Below are positions 52,901 to 64,000 of a stretch of 64,000 bases of DNA, in pieces (the first letter of the stretch is position 1; every line of letters begins with the position of its first letter). Below the pieces are notes generated by a model that saw nothing but the letters and a program-made list of their open reading frames with translations, ran no database searches and was not told the origin of the DNA. Made by a program: the position numbers and the translations under genes. This DNA comes from Azolla caroliniana (Eukaryota > Plantae > Polypodiophyta), in contig JBHGNT010000007.1 in assembly GCA_043228905.1 (NCBI GenBank), positions 9,610,001-9,674,000 of the forward strand, given 5' to 3'.

Positions 52901-54947
52901 TCCGAACACTTCGCTCTTTTGCCGCATCGGGTAGATCCAAGTGTGCCTAGAAAAGTCGTCGATGAAGAGCACGTAATAGCGGCATCCGCCGAATGTCGCC
53001 GTTTGAGCTGGACCCCATACATCGGAATGAATTACGTCGAGTACGCCTTTGCTCACATTCCGCTCCTTCGGAAATGGGTGTCAGTGTTGCTTGCCGAATT
53101 GGCACGCTTCGCATACACCTTCAATCTCCTTCTCTTTGAATGTCGGGAGTCCGATGACGACTCCTTTCGATTTCATTGGTTTGAGTTTGTTGAGATTGAT
53201 GTGGCCGATTCGCTTATGCCATAGCTCTATGTCGGAGTCGGCTTTTGTGCTTTTCGCGACCATGGCGGATTTCATCTCGTGCGAATTGAGAATGAACATC
53301 CGGCCCTCTCTTCTTCCACGTGTGATGATTCAGCCTTCTTTTTCGATGAAGCACCCTTCTTGGTCGAATCGTACTTGCATCCCTTGCTCAACCATTTGGC
53401 CGACCGAGACCAAATTCTTTGTGATGGTGGGTACATGCAAGACATTTTTAATGTATGTTTGTTTACCTCTTTCACTGAAGGGAACATTGCTGATGTGCCG
53501 AATCGGGTGCGTAGTGTCATCTCTGGTTTCCACATAACCGGGTCGCTCCGGCTCTCGAAGTTCAAGAAACCATTCTTTGTGGGATGTCATATGGTTTGAG
53601 GCTCCGGAGTCAACAAACCATACGTCTTCCGGACCGGAGGCACTAGTTGAGGTAGTGGCTGACATAGAGTTTGCTCTATGTTTCATCATGAACATTCCGC
53701 CACGGTCGGAGTTGTGCGCATACATTCCGCCACGATCTTCGTAGTCGGAGTTGTGTGCGTAATTCGTGAGTTGTCGGCTTGTGGAAGCCGATTCACGCAT
53801 CTTCTTTTGGCACTCGTCTTCGTGGTGGCCGAGCTTTCCGCAATATCCACATTCGGTTGTGTTTTGACGGCTCGGGCCGGAGTGGAAGCTCCCCCTTCTT
53901 GCGAAGGTTCCTCGTTGGCCTCGGTTTTGCGACCGAAATTGGGAGTTGCTGTTGTAGGTCGGACCTCATCATCATCTATACTTACGCTTATTGAGCCGAG
54001 CAAGTCGCAAAGCTCCTTGATCTTCAAGGTGTATGTCGTGATGGACATGTCCCTTTGTTGAATGTTTTTCAACTCTTGGCGGAGTGGAAGCTTCCTCGCG
54101 GTCGTGTTGGCGGCGAAAATCTTTCGTAGATTTTCCCACGCTTCCTTCGGCGTCTTGGCTTCTCGAATGTAGCCGAGCATGTGGTCGTGAACACATGTTG
54201 CCAAACAATACATCACGCGGCTTGCGGCTTGCTCCCATGTCGCGTATCCAGGAGCCGCTTCGGCGGGTCGGTCTTCATGCGCTCCTTTGATGTAGCTCCA
54301 ATAGCCTTGTCCGACAAGGTATTGATGCATCTTGTACTCCCAAGATGCGAAGTTGTTTCGATCCAACTTCTCGGTAGGGAGAGCGCTCACCATTTGAGTA
54401 TTCATTATGTCAATTCTTCTTCTTCTTCTTCTCTCTTCGAATGCGAGCTATGTAGCGAAGCTACGATAGCTATGAGCCGGTTCTTGGTCGTCGGCGTAGA
54501 TCACAACACACGATCACGATGAGGCGAATGGGCTAGATCGAGCTACCAAATCGCTCCGATACCATGTAAAGGATCAAGAGATTGATTCTTGTGAAGCAGA
54601 AGTGATATGAGTTATGTGTGTGTATGAGAGAGAGAGAGAGAGAGAGTGAGAGAGACAAGGAATACGCAAGGTAAAGGTATATTGACAAAGGAGAAAGACT
54701 CAACATTATACAAGGTTGGAGGAGGGTGCTTTATGTAGTCACTCTCTCTCTTCATTAACTACAAGGCTCATGGAGCATGGGGAATGTGAAAGCTCATAAG
54801 TTATGTGTCATACAATATGGTTCTATGACTCATACTAAATGCTAGAATACAAAGTGGTGACATAATGGTGACTCTTGATCGTTGAGGTGTCTCTTCACTC
54901 TCAAGGTGAGTTCACACACTAGACCAAGTTGAGCTTGATTCTCAACA
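49805..54947 (-). mobile_element. Ty1/copia element D with both LTRs and small internal deletions
   Basis: 3' LTR 49805-50157, 5' LTR 54565-54947, TSD AAAAG (49800-49804 and 54948-54952), PBS 54553-54564. ORFs: gag 53686-54405, protease 53330-53800, integrase 51899-53056, RT/RH 50446-51912. Confidence 0.97.
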
Positions 54948-55405
54948 AAAAGTATAATACGTGTTGAAAACCTAGAGCGTATCATGTCTCCTACGCATTC
55001 AAAATTAGGTCTTACTATAAATATCTGATTAAATCTTGTATGTTATAGTGGGTTAGAATGATTCACTCTATACCCAATCATCAATGACTCTTTGAATTTG
55101 ATAACAAATTTGTCTTGAATAAAATAAAGCTTAACATATTAGCCGATTGAAGTCATTTTGACTCATATGAAAGGTACGAGGTATATTGTTTAATTAAAGT
55201 AATGACATTTCTCGAAAATTCATTCAAGGGGATAAAATCACATTTCACTTAAAAGGAAACATACTTGATGCTCTCCTTTAGTAAACCAAGAACCACGAAG
55301 GTAACACTAGGGTATCATGTGTCATCTTGCGTTTCCTCAATTTATGGTTAATTGAGATTTTCTTTTATTTTAGAGAAACATCCTTCAACTTTGTGAACTC
55401 CATAC

Positions 55406-55478
55406 TCCATTGTAGTCTAGTTGATTAGGATACTCGGCTTTCACCCGAGTGACCCGGGTTCAAGTCCCGACAATGGAA
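55406..55478 (+). tRNA. tRNA-Glu(TTC), best-preserved copy, probably a pseudogene
   Basis: TCCATTGTAGTCTAGTTGATTAGGATACTCGGCTTTCACCCGAGTGACCCGGGTTCAAGTCCCGACAATGGAA: cloverleaf except D-loop GG>GA and one T-stem mismatch. No adjacent oligo-T terminator. Confidence 0.55.
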
Positions 55479-55973
55479 ACATCAAGTCTAGTTCAAGTTG
55501 CATCTTATAGGAAAAAAGTCTCATAATTGACAAATACAAGACATAAAAGCTTGTGGTGACATAATCTACATTTATTGGGTTACAATTGTGGCCTCTAATT
55601 CCAAATATCTATACGAATCGAATTTGAAAGTATAATAATACGTGTTGAAAAACCTAAAGCATATCATGTGACTTGCGCATTCAAAATTAGGTCTTACCAT
55701 AAATATCTTATTAAATCTTGTATGCTATAGTGGCTTAGAATTATTCACTCTATTCCCAATCATTGAGGAATCTTTTAATTTGATAAAAATTTCGTCTTCT
55801 ATAACATAAAGCTTAACATATTAGCCGATTGAACTCATTTTCACTCGTATGAAAGGTACGAGGTATATTGTTTAATTAAAGTATCGACATTTCTCGATAA
55901 TTCATACAAGGAGATAAAATCACATTTAACTTAAAAGAAAACATACTTGAACCTCTCCTTTAGTAAACCAAGA

Positions 55974-58285
55974 ACCATTGTAGTCTAATTGGTTAGGATA
56001 CTCAGCTTTCACCGGAGCGACTCGGGTTCAAGTCCAGCCAATGGAAACATCAAGTGTAGTTAAGGTTTTAGCTTATACGAAAAAAATCTCATAATTGAGA
56101 AATACAAGACATAAAACGTTGTGGTGACATAATCTACATGTATTGGGTTACAATTGTGGCCTGTAATTCCAACTATCCGTACTTATCGAATTTGAAAGTA
56201 TAATACATGTTGAAAAACCTAAAGTGTATCATGTGACTTCATAATTAGGTCTTACCATAAATATCTTATTAAATCTAGTATGTTATAGTGGGTTAGAATT
56301 ATTCACTCTATTCCCAATCATTGAGGAATCTTTTAATTTGATAAAATTTTTGTCTTCTATAACATAAAGCTTAACATATTAGCCGATTGAACTCATTTTC
56401 ACTCGTATGAAAGGTACGAGGTATATTGTTTAATTAAACTATCGGCATTTCTCGATAATTCATACAAGGAGATAAAATCACATTTCACTTAAAAGGAAAT
56501 ATACTTGAAGCTCTGCTTTAGTAAACTAAGAACCACGAAGGCAACACTGGGATATCATGTGTCATCTTGCGTTTCTGCAATTTATGGTTAATTGACATTT
56601 TCTTTTATTTTAGTGAAAAATCCTTTAACTTTGTCAACACCATTGTAGTCTAATTGGTTGGGATACTTGCATTTCACCCGAATGACCTGGGTTCAAGTCC
56701 CGGGAATGGAAACATCAAGTGTAGTTCAGGTTGCATCTTACACGTAAAATGTCTCATAATTGACAAATACAAGACATAAAACCTTACGGTGACATAATCT
56801 ACATGTATTGGGTTACAATTGTGGCTTGTAATTCCTAATATCCATACTTATCGAATTTGAAAGTATAATACGTGTTGAAAAACCTAAAGCATATCATGTG
56901 ACTTGCGCATTCATAATTAGGTCTAACCATAAATATCTTATTAAATCTTGTATGCTATAGTAGGTTAGAATTATTCATTTTATTCCCAATCATTGAGGAA
57001 TCTTTTAATTTGATAAAAAAATTGTCTTCTATTACATTAACCTTAGCATAAAATGCCGATTGAACTCATTTTCACTCGTATGAAATTTATGAGGTATATT
57101 GTTTAATTGCTGGTTAGCGGGAATATTTTACCTGTGATGCACTGTACGGTAACGAGGTATATTATTTAATTAAAGTAACAACATTTCTCGATAATTCATT
57201 CAAGGGGATAAAATCATATTTCACTTTAAAGGAAACATACCTAATGGTCTTCTTTGGTAAACCAAGAACCACGAAGGCAACACTAGGATATCATGTGTCA
57301 TCTTGCGTTTCTGAAATTTATGTTTAATTGATATTTTCTTTTATTTTAGAGAAACATCCTTCAATTTTGTCAACGTCATTGTAGTCTAGATGGTTAGAAC
57401 ACTCGGCTTTCACCCGATTGACCCGGGTTCAAGTCCCAGAAAGAAGCTAAAGCGTATCACGTTATTTCGCCATTTATTGTTAATTGAGATTTTCTTGAAT
57501 TTCAGAGAAAAATCCTTTAACTTTGTAAACTCTGTTGTAGTCTACTTGGTTGGGATAGTTGGATTTCACCCAAACGACTTGGGTTCAAGTCTCGGGAATG
57601 GAAACATGAAGTGTAGTTCAGGTTGCATCTTACACGAAAAATGTCTCATAATTGACAAATACAAGACATAAAACCTTGCGGTCACATAATCTACATATAT
57701 TGGGTTACAATTGTTGCCTCTAATTCTAAATATCCATAAGTATTGAATGTATTGGGTTACAATTGTTGCCTCTAATTCCAAATATCCATAAGTATTGAAT
57801 TAAAAAGTATACTACGTTACTTGTTGAAAAACTTAAAGCGTATCATGTGTCTTGCATATTCAAAATTAGGTCTTACCATAAATATCATATTAACTCTATT
57901 CCCAATCATGGATGACTCTTTCAATTTTTTAAAGACTTTGTCTTCTACAACATAAACCTTAACATATTAGCCGATTGAACTCATTTTAACTCGTATGAAA
58001 GGTACAAGGTATATTGTTTAATTAAAGTAACGACATTTCTCGATAATTCATTCAAGGGGATAAAATCAAATTTCACTTAAAAGGAAACATACTTGAAGCT
58101 CTCCTTTAGTAAACCAAGAACCATGATGGCAACACGAGGATATCATGTATCATTTTGCGTTTTCACAATTTATGGTTAATTGAAATTTTCTTTTATTTTA
58201 GAGAGACTTCAACTTGATCAACTCTAGTTGGTTAGGATAATTGGATTTCACGTGAGTGACCTGGGTTCAAGTCCTGGCAATGGAA
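55974..58285 (+). pseudogene. Five further degenerate tRNA-Glu copies (55974-56046, 56639-56711, 57375-57437, 57531-57603, ~58223-58285)
   Basis: Each keeps recognisable A-box/anticodon sequence and GGGTTCAAGTC, with stem mismatches or truncations. Confidence 0.75.
57109..57152 (+). other. NUP107-derived filler sequence inserted in the array
   Basis: 57114-57147 is identical to 37722-37755 (intron acceptor TTAG plus the start of exon 20), flanked by a ~20-bp duplication of array sequence. Confidence 0.92.
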
Positions 58286-58437
58286 ACATTAAGTCTAGTT
58301 TTGGTTGCATTTTATACGAAAAAAGTCTCAGAATTGACAAATACAAGAAATAAATCCTGGTGGTGATATAATCTACATGTATTGGGTTACAATTGTGGCC
58401 TCGAATTCCAAATATCCAGAAGTATTGAGTTTGAAAG

Positions 58438-60431
58438 TGTAAAGAATCGGTTATGATTCTTGTGTAGCATAAGAGATGTGTGTTATGTGTATGAGTGAGA
58501 GGAATTAGAGGAGAGATGACGAAACACAAGATAGATAGAAAAAGGAATACTCAAGAAGAAGGTGTATATTGCACAAGTAGAATAAGAATTACAAAATGTA
58601 GCATAATAAGGAGTCACAACCGACTTAGTATGAAGTGTGAGGAGGGTGCTTTATATATAGTCACCCTCTCTCTTCATTAACTAACTACAACAACCACTCT
58701 CTCTCTTGGGGAATGTGAAGACTCATAGTCATGGGGAATATGTAACTCATTAGTTATGTGTCATAGAATATGATTCTATGACACATAGTTAATGTGTAGA
58801 GGGTGGTGGTGTGTCTGTTGACCTTTGATTCTCAAAAGGTGTGTGCACACGTTGTGCTATGTTGAGCTTGATTCTCAACACGCCCCCTGAAGCTCAACTC
58901 GGGTCGGTTCCTTTTGATTGATGTCCGCTTCGGCTGGTATCCGGTTCGGACGATCTCCGGTGTCCATTTCGGCTTGTAACTGGTTCGGACGGTATCTGGT
59001 TCTCGCTTGTACTCCCCCTCAAGCTCAGCAAGTCAGGGATCGTCAATCCAGTCATCCAGAACTTTTATAACAAGTTGAGGATGTAGTGCCGTTGAGAGAT
59101 CAAAATGCCGGTCGGAATTCGAATTACTTCTATGCCAAGGAAGTAATGGAGCTCCTTCATGTTCGTCATCTTGAATTAGCCGGAGAGGAGGGACTTGACC
59201 TTGTTGATGTCGACTAGACTTTCACCTCCAATGACCAGATCATCCACGTATAGGATGATGACAATTAGGCTTCTAGAGTCGTGTCATACGTAGATGGAGG
59301 TGTCGGATTTCGACATTCGAAAGCCGTTTTGATGAAGATATTGCGTAATCTTCGAATGCCAAGCACGTGGTGCTTGCTTGAGGCCGTAGAGTGGCTTCTT
59401 GAGTCGGCACACGGCTTTCGGATGAGTACGCGATTCGAAGCCGGGTGGTTGTACCATGTACACCTCCTCTTCTAATTCGCCTTGAAGATAGGCGTTGTTG
59501 ACGTCCATTTGGTGGAGGTGGCACCCTTTTGTTGTTGCAAGTGCAATCACGGTCCGCACTATCGTCATCTTTGCCATTGGGGCAAAGGTCTCTTGATAGT
59601 TGATTCCATGTGTTGCTACCTTCATCATAAAGGCATAATGGTATGCCATATAATCATTGTAGCCGAATCGGCTTACGGGGTTCTTTTCACGGGAGGATCG
59701 ACGGAGCTTCTCGTTTGCGGATACTACAACTTTCTCCGCTCCATTTGTCCGGATCTCAAGGCCTTCGAACTCACTGTTGAGGGAGTGAGTCGATTTGTTG
59801 TTGTCGAAGTGATCATCTTTATACTTCGGCATTTTTGCCTTCCCTTTGTCCAGCTTCGGACACGACCGAGATGTGCTTTGATCGCCTGGGGGCTCTTGTG
59901 GCCCACGTTGCATAGTCGGCGTCTTCCGGGTCGGGTCCGTTTTCCTGTGCTCCCTTGATGTAACCCCAGTAGCCTTGGCCGACAAGGTATTGGTGCATCT
60001 TGTACTCCCAAGATGCGAAGTTGTTTCGGTCCAACTTCTCGCTAGGGAGAGCGCTCTCCACTTGAGTATTCATTGTCGATTAAGCTTCCTTTCTTCTTTT
60101 CCTTCTCTTTCAAACACGAGCTATGTAGTGGTATTGCGATAGCGATGAGCCGGTTCTTCTTGAACGTTGGCGTAGAGCACAACACACGATCACGATGAGC
60201 CGAGTGGGCTAGATCGAGCTACCAAATTGCTTTGATACCATGTAAAGAATTGGGTATGATTGTTGTGTAGCAGGAGAGATGTGCCTTATGTGTATGAGTG
60301 AGAGGAATTAGAGGAGAGATGAGAGAACACAAGATAGATAGAAAAAGGAATACTCAAGAAGAAGGTGTATATTGCACAAGTAGAATAAGAATTACAAAAT
60401 GTAGCATAATAAGGCGTCACAACCGATGGAG
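58438..60431 (-). mobile_element. Ty1/copia element E, internally deleted (non-autonomous); 5' LTR interrupted by element F
   Basis: 3' LTR 58438-58880, PPT at ~58881-58890, PBS 60229-60240, 5' LTR from 60241 matching 58438. Gag N-terminus is fused to the post-integrase linker, with partial RT. Confidence 0.9.
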
Positions 60432-63400
60432 TGTTGAGAAATCGATGCGGAATAGATCACAATAAATGAACTACGCGCTGAAATACGAATTATAGAAATA
60501 TGCCAAGAAAAAAAAGACAATGAACAATGATGCACAGAGATTTACGTGGAAACCCTAAAACGGGGAAAAACCACGGATGAACAGAATCTTCACTATACAA
60601 AGTGGATATACAACACTGAGAGGAATACAACACTCTGTTGAGTGTATCAGCCGCACAAGACTCTTCGCGTCTGTTGTTACTCACACAGCTATGGTGCGGC
60701 TCACACACACACACTCTCTTTTCGCTCTCCTGCACAGTACTCTGTTCGTCTCACTGACACACAAACCAAAAGTTTGCATTAGTTTCATATATACTTACGC
60801 AACTTTCTGGCTATTTACATACCTAGCCCACATGGGGAGCACATCTAGATTATTTACAATTATAGTCTCCCGAGTTGGCTATGTACACGATTCCGGTTTC
60901 GACCGAGGCCCATCAACTTGGCTCTTCTCTCTCCCCATCCGGAGAGACATGTTTCCTAACATCATCATTATTATTACCATAATAATAATAGCCGAATTCT
61001 CAAACAGTCGACTCATTGTTTTCGACTCTTCGACTGTCGGCTTTCCGAATAGTCGGCTCTTCCTTCCACTGGAGGGGCATATTCCCAACAAACTCCCCCT
61101 TCACTCCTGTGGGAGGAAATCTGTCAGTCCTGTATTTTGTCGACAGACTCTGAGTCTGTCCATAGGTAGGTTCTTCGTTAGCATGTCAGATCCATTGTCG
61201 TCGGTATGGATCTTCACAAGGGAAAACTCTCCTTCTTCGACACTCTCCCACAACCAGTGATACCTTCTCTGTATGTGCTTGGTCCAGGAGTGGTATGCCG
61301 CGTTCTTGGCTAGGTGTATGGTGCTTTGATTGCCATAGTGAAGCAAGAAATCCTTTTGCTCCATGCCTAGTTCGATGAGAAAATTTCTCATCCAGATCAG
61401 CTCTTTTCCGGCCTCTACCGCCGCGATATACTCTGCCTCTGTAGTCGACAAGGCTATAGACCTCTGCAGTCATGATTGCCACGACACTGCTCCCCCTACA
61501 TAGGTCATCATGTACCTTGACGTGGATTGGCTTCAGTCGGTATATCCAGACATGTCCGAATTAAACCTTCCAGCACAGGTTTTCCGACACCATACCTTAG
61601 GCACACCTCTGAGGTGTCTTTCAGGTACCTGAGTATCCACTTCACTGCTGCCCAATGTTCTCTCCCTAGATTACTCATATATCGGCTTATTGCTCCCATA
61701 GCAAATTCTATGTCCGGTCTCGTACAAACCATAGCATACATTAGACTGCCGACGGCTGAGGCATATGGTCCCTTCTTCATCTCAGCCTTTTCCTTCTGCC
61801 CTTTCCGACACTGCTTCGCATTCAATCTGCAATTTGTCGGCAACATTGAGCCAACCGGCTTTGCGTTCGACATGTTGAACCTTTCTAGGATCTTCGTCAC
61901 ATACTTTTGTTGTGACAACCATAGCACCTTTCGAGCTCTGTCTCGGATTATGTGCATTCCTAGGATTTGCTTTGCCGGTCCAAGGTCTTTCATGGCAAAT
62001 GATTTGCCAAGAACTTTCTTCTAGCTTCCAATCTTCCTTGTGTCTTGACCGACTATCAACATATCATCAACATATAGCAAGAGAATCAAGAAATCTCCTT
62101 CCTCGTACCTTTTGATGAACACACAGTGATCAGCCTGTGTTTTCTGGAACCGATGTTCCATCATGAAGGACTCGAATTTCTTGTACCATTGGCGTGGAGC
62201 TTGTTTCAGTCTGTACAAGCTTTTCCTCAGTTGACACACCGGATTCTCTTTCCCTTTCTCCTCAAAGCCTTTGGGTTGCTGCATGTAGATTTCTTCTTCT
62301 AGCTCCCCGTGCAGAAATGTGGTTTTGACACCCAACTGTTCGATCTCCAGGTCCATGCTGGCCGCTATGCTCAGAATAGTTCGTATGGATGTCATCTTCA
62401 TGACTGGTGTGAATATTTCGTCAAAGTCGAAGCCCTTCCTTTGTTGGAAACCCTTCACCACTATGCAGGTTTTATACCTGGGCTCGCTGTCGACTTCTCT
62501 AGTCTTCACCTTGTAGACCCACTTATTCCTGAGTGCTCTCTTACCTTTTGACAGCTCTACTAGGTCATAGGTGTAATTCGCGTGCAAGGATTCCATCTCC
62601 TCTTGCATCGCGCTCGGCCATTTTTCTTTGCTCTCGTCGGCAATGGCTTCTTCATAGCACTCCGGTTCACCGTCATCAGTCAAGAGGATGTATTGACTGG
62701 AATATGTAATCGGTGCCTTCCTTTCTCTGAGTGGTTACCTTCGTCCACTCGTTGTTGGCTCTTTTCTGGATGTCTTTGCCAACTCTTCTCTTTGCTCGGG
62801 ATTCTGTTCATCAATCGGCATCTCTAGGTTGGACAACTCCAACTCATATTCCTCAATTGATTTTAGCAGGTCTGCCGACTCAGACTCATAGTCTTTCAGT
62901 TTTTCTGAGTCGACTGACTCGGATTCGGCTCTGTCGGCCAACTGTCTCCTTACAGCTGTCGGTGACGACTCACTTGGCCTTAAGTCGATGGTAGTCAAGG
63001 TTGACTGGGGAGTCGGTTTCAACTTCTGTTGCTTCTAGTCTTCAATTGTCTTGTCTTCTAGAAAGACTACATCCTGACTTCTCACTACCTTCTTGTCGAG
63101 TAAGTCCTAGAACCTGTAGCCGAACTCATCTTCCGAGTATCCCATGAATATGCATGCTTTCGACTTGCTGTCGAGCTTTGACCTCTGATCTTTTGGTACA
63201 TGCATATACGCCAAACATCCAAACACCCTCAGGTGTTGGTAGGAGACATCCTTCCCTGTCCACACCCTTTGTGGGACATCAACCTTTAATTGCACTGAGG
63301 GAGACCTGTTGATCAGATAAAAAATTGTGTGCAACGCCTTAGCCCAATAGGATTTCGACAGTTTCGCATGAGAGAGCATGCTCCTGACTCTCTCCATGAT

Positions 63401-64000
63401 CGTTCGATTCATCCTGTCTGCAAGCCCGTTCAACTTTGGGGTCTTTGGTACGGTGTATTCAATTCGAATACCTTGGCTCTTGAAGTATTCTTCGAATTGC
63501 CCTCTGTACTCTCCACCGTTGTCGGTTCGAACAACCATCAGTTTCCGACCTGACTCTCTTTCGGTTCTTGCCTGGAACTCCTTGAAAACCAACAATACTT
63601 TCTCCTTCGTCTTTAGGACAAAGGCCCATGTCTTTTGACTATGGTCATCAATGAATGTCACGAAGTACTGTCCACCTCGATGCGATGGAGCATCCACATA
63701 GCACACATCCGTGTGTACTAATTCCAGTGCAACTTCTCTTCTCCTCGGTGGTCTCAAGTCGAATGCCGTCCTGTTCTGCTTTCCGGCTAAGTAGTCAACA
63801 CACTTCTCCAGGTGCACTCCCTTCACTTCTGGTAGAAGTTTTTGGTCTGCTAACAGGTGCATTCCCTTCTCAGTCATGTGGCCTAGCCTTCTATGCCATA
63901 TCTCCCCTGCAGAGTCGGCTGCCATGTTTACTTCCGATTTGCACAGTCGGGCATGCATCATGTACAATGTGCCTTCTTTCTGTGCTCGGGCCACTATAAG
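60432..64000 (-). mobile_element. Tnt1/Tork-like Ty1/copia element F (3' LTR 60432-61090; continues beyond the window)
   Basis: Integrase (LVHTDVC, RTDNGGEY), RT (NKWVYK, LLYVDDML) and RNase H (STTEAEY, TKHIQRRYH); PPT GAAGGGGGAG before TGTTGGG; frameshifted. Confidence 0.93.

Larger units (their letters stand above)
41095..58437 (+). repeat. Right tandem array of the tRNA-Glu-derived repeat (~670-bp units distally, longer two-tRNA units proximally), interrupted by copia elements
   Basis: Type-A tRNA-Glu copies start at 41674, 48917, 49594, 55406, 55974, 56639, 57375, 57531 and ~58223; type-B copies at 41154 and 42086. Spacers are shared and AT-rich. Confidence 0.93.

Noticed and set aside
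57089-57171. CRISPR array
   Set aside because: Only one repeat-spacer-repeat, eukaryotic context and no cas genes; repair filler is the simpler explanation.
41674-58285. Functional tRNA-Glu gene cluster
   Set aside because: Every copy has D-loop, T-stem or acceptor lesions and lacks an adjacent oligo-T terminator; treated as pseudogenes pending tRNAscan-SE or expression data.
18880-58437. Arrays as terminal inverted repeats of a giant DNA transposon carrying NUP107
   Set aside because: No defined matching termini, TSD or transposase is visible, and the right end is obscured by insertions and the window edge; kept only as a hypothesis.
60577-61260. 227-aa plus-strand hydrophobic ORF (env-like?)
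   Set aside because: Lies antisense across the LTR and PPT of element F and includes simple-repeat-derived runs; no supporting motif.

Overview
This is eukaryotic land-plant nuclear DNA. A non-seed plant such as a fern or lycophyte is inferred from a self-priming, Tcn1-type chromovirus. The only host gene is an intact 25-exon nucleoporin NUP107 gene (22660-40019, +, ~1070 aa). It is bracketed by two oppositely oriented tandem arrays of a tRNA-Glu(TTC)-derived repeat (~18880-21930 on -, ~41095-58437 on +). The rest is nested retroelements: at least six Ty1/copia elements plus relics and a solo LTR, an RTE/RTEX-like LINE with intronic fragments, and a very young Ty3/gypsy chromovirus with apparently identical LTRs. 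The most unusual observations are: (1) two different copia subfamilies inserted at the same nucleotide of different array units; (2) a ~40-bp piece of the neighbouring NUP107 intron/exon junction captured in the array between direct repeats; (3) the inverted tRNA arrays flanking the gene; (4) a gypsy with a self-priming PBS, a -1 frameshift pseudoknot and an antisense tRNA-like Pol III promoter in U3; (5) a duplicated PPT and a PPT-enclosing hairpin conserved across copia families. All coordinates and alignments were read by eye; no database search was run.
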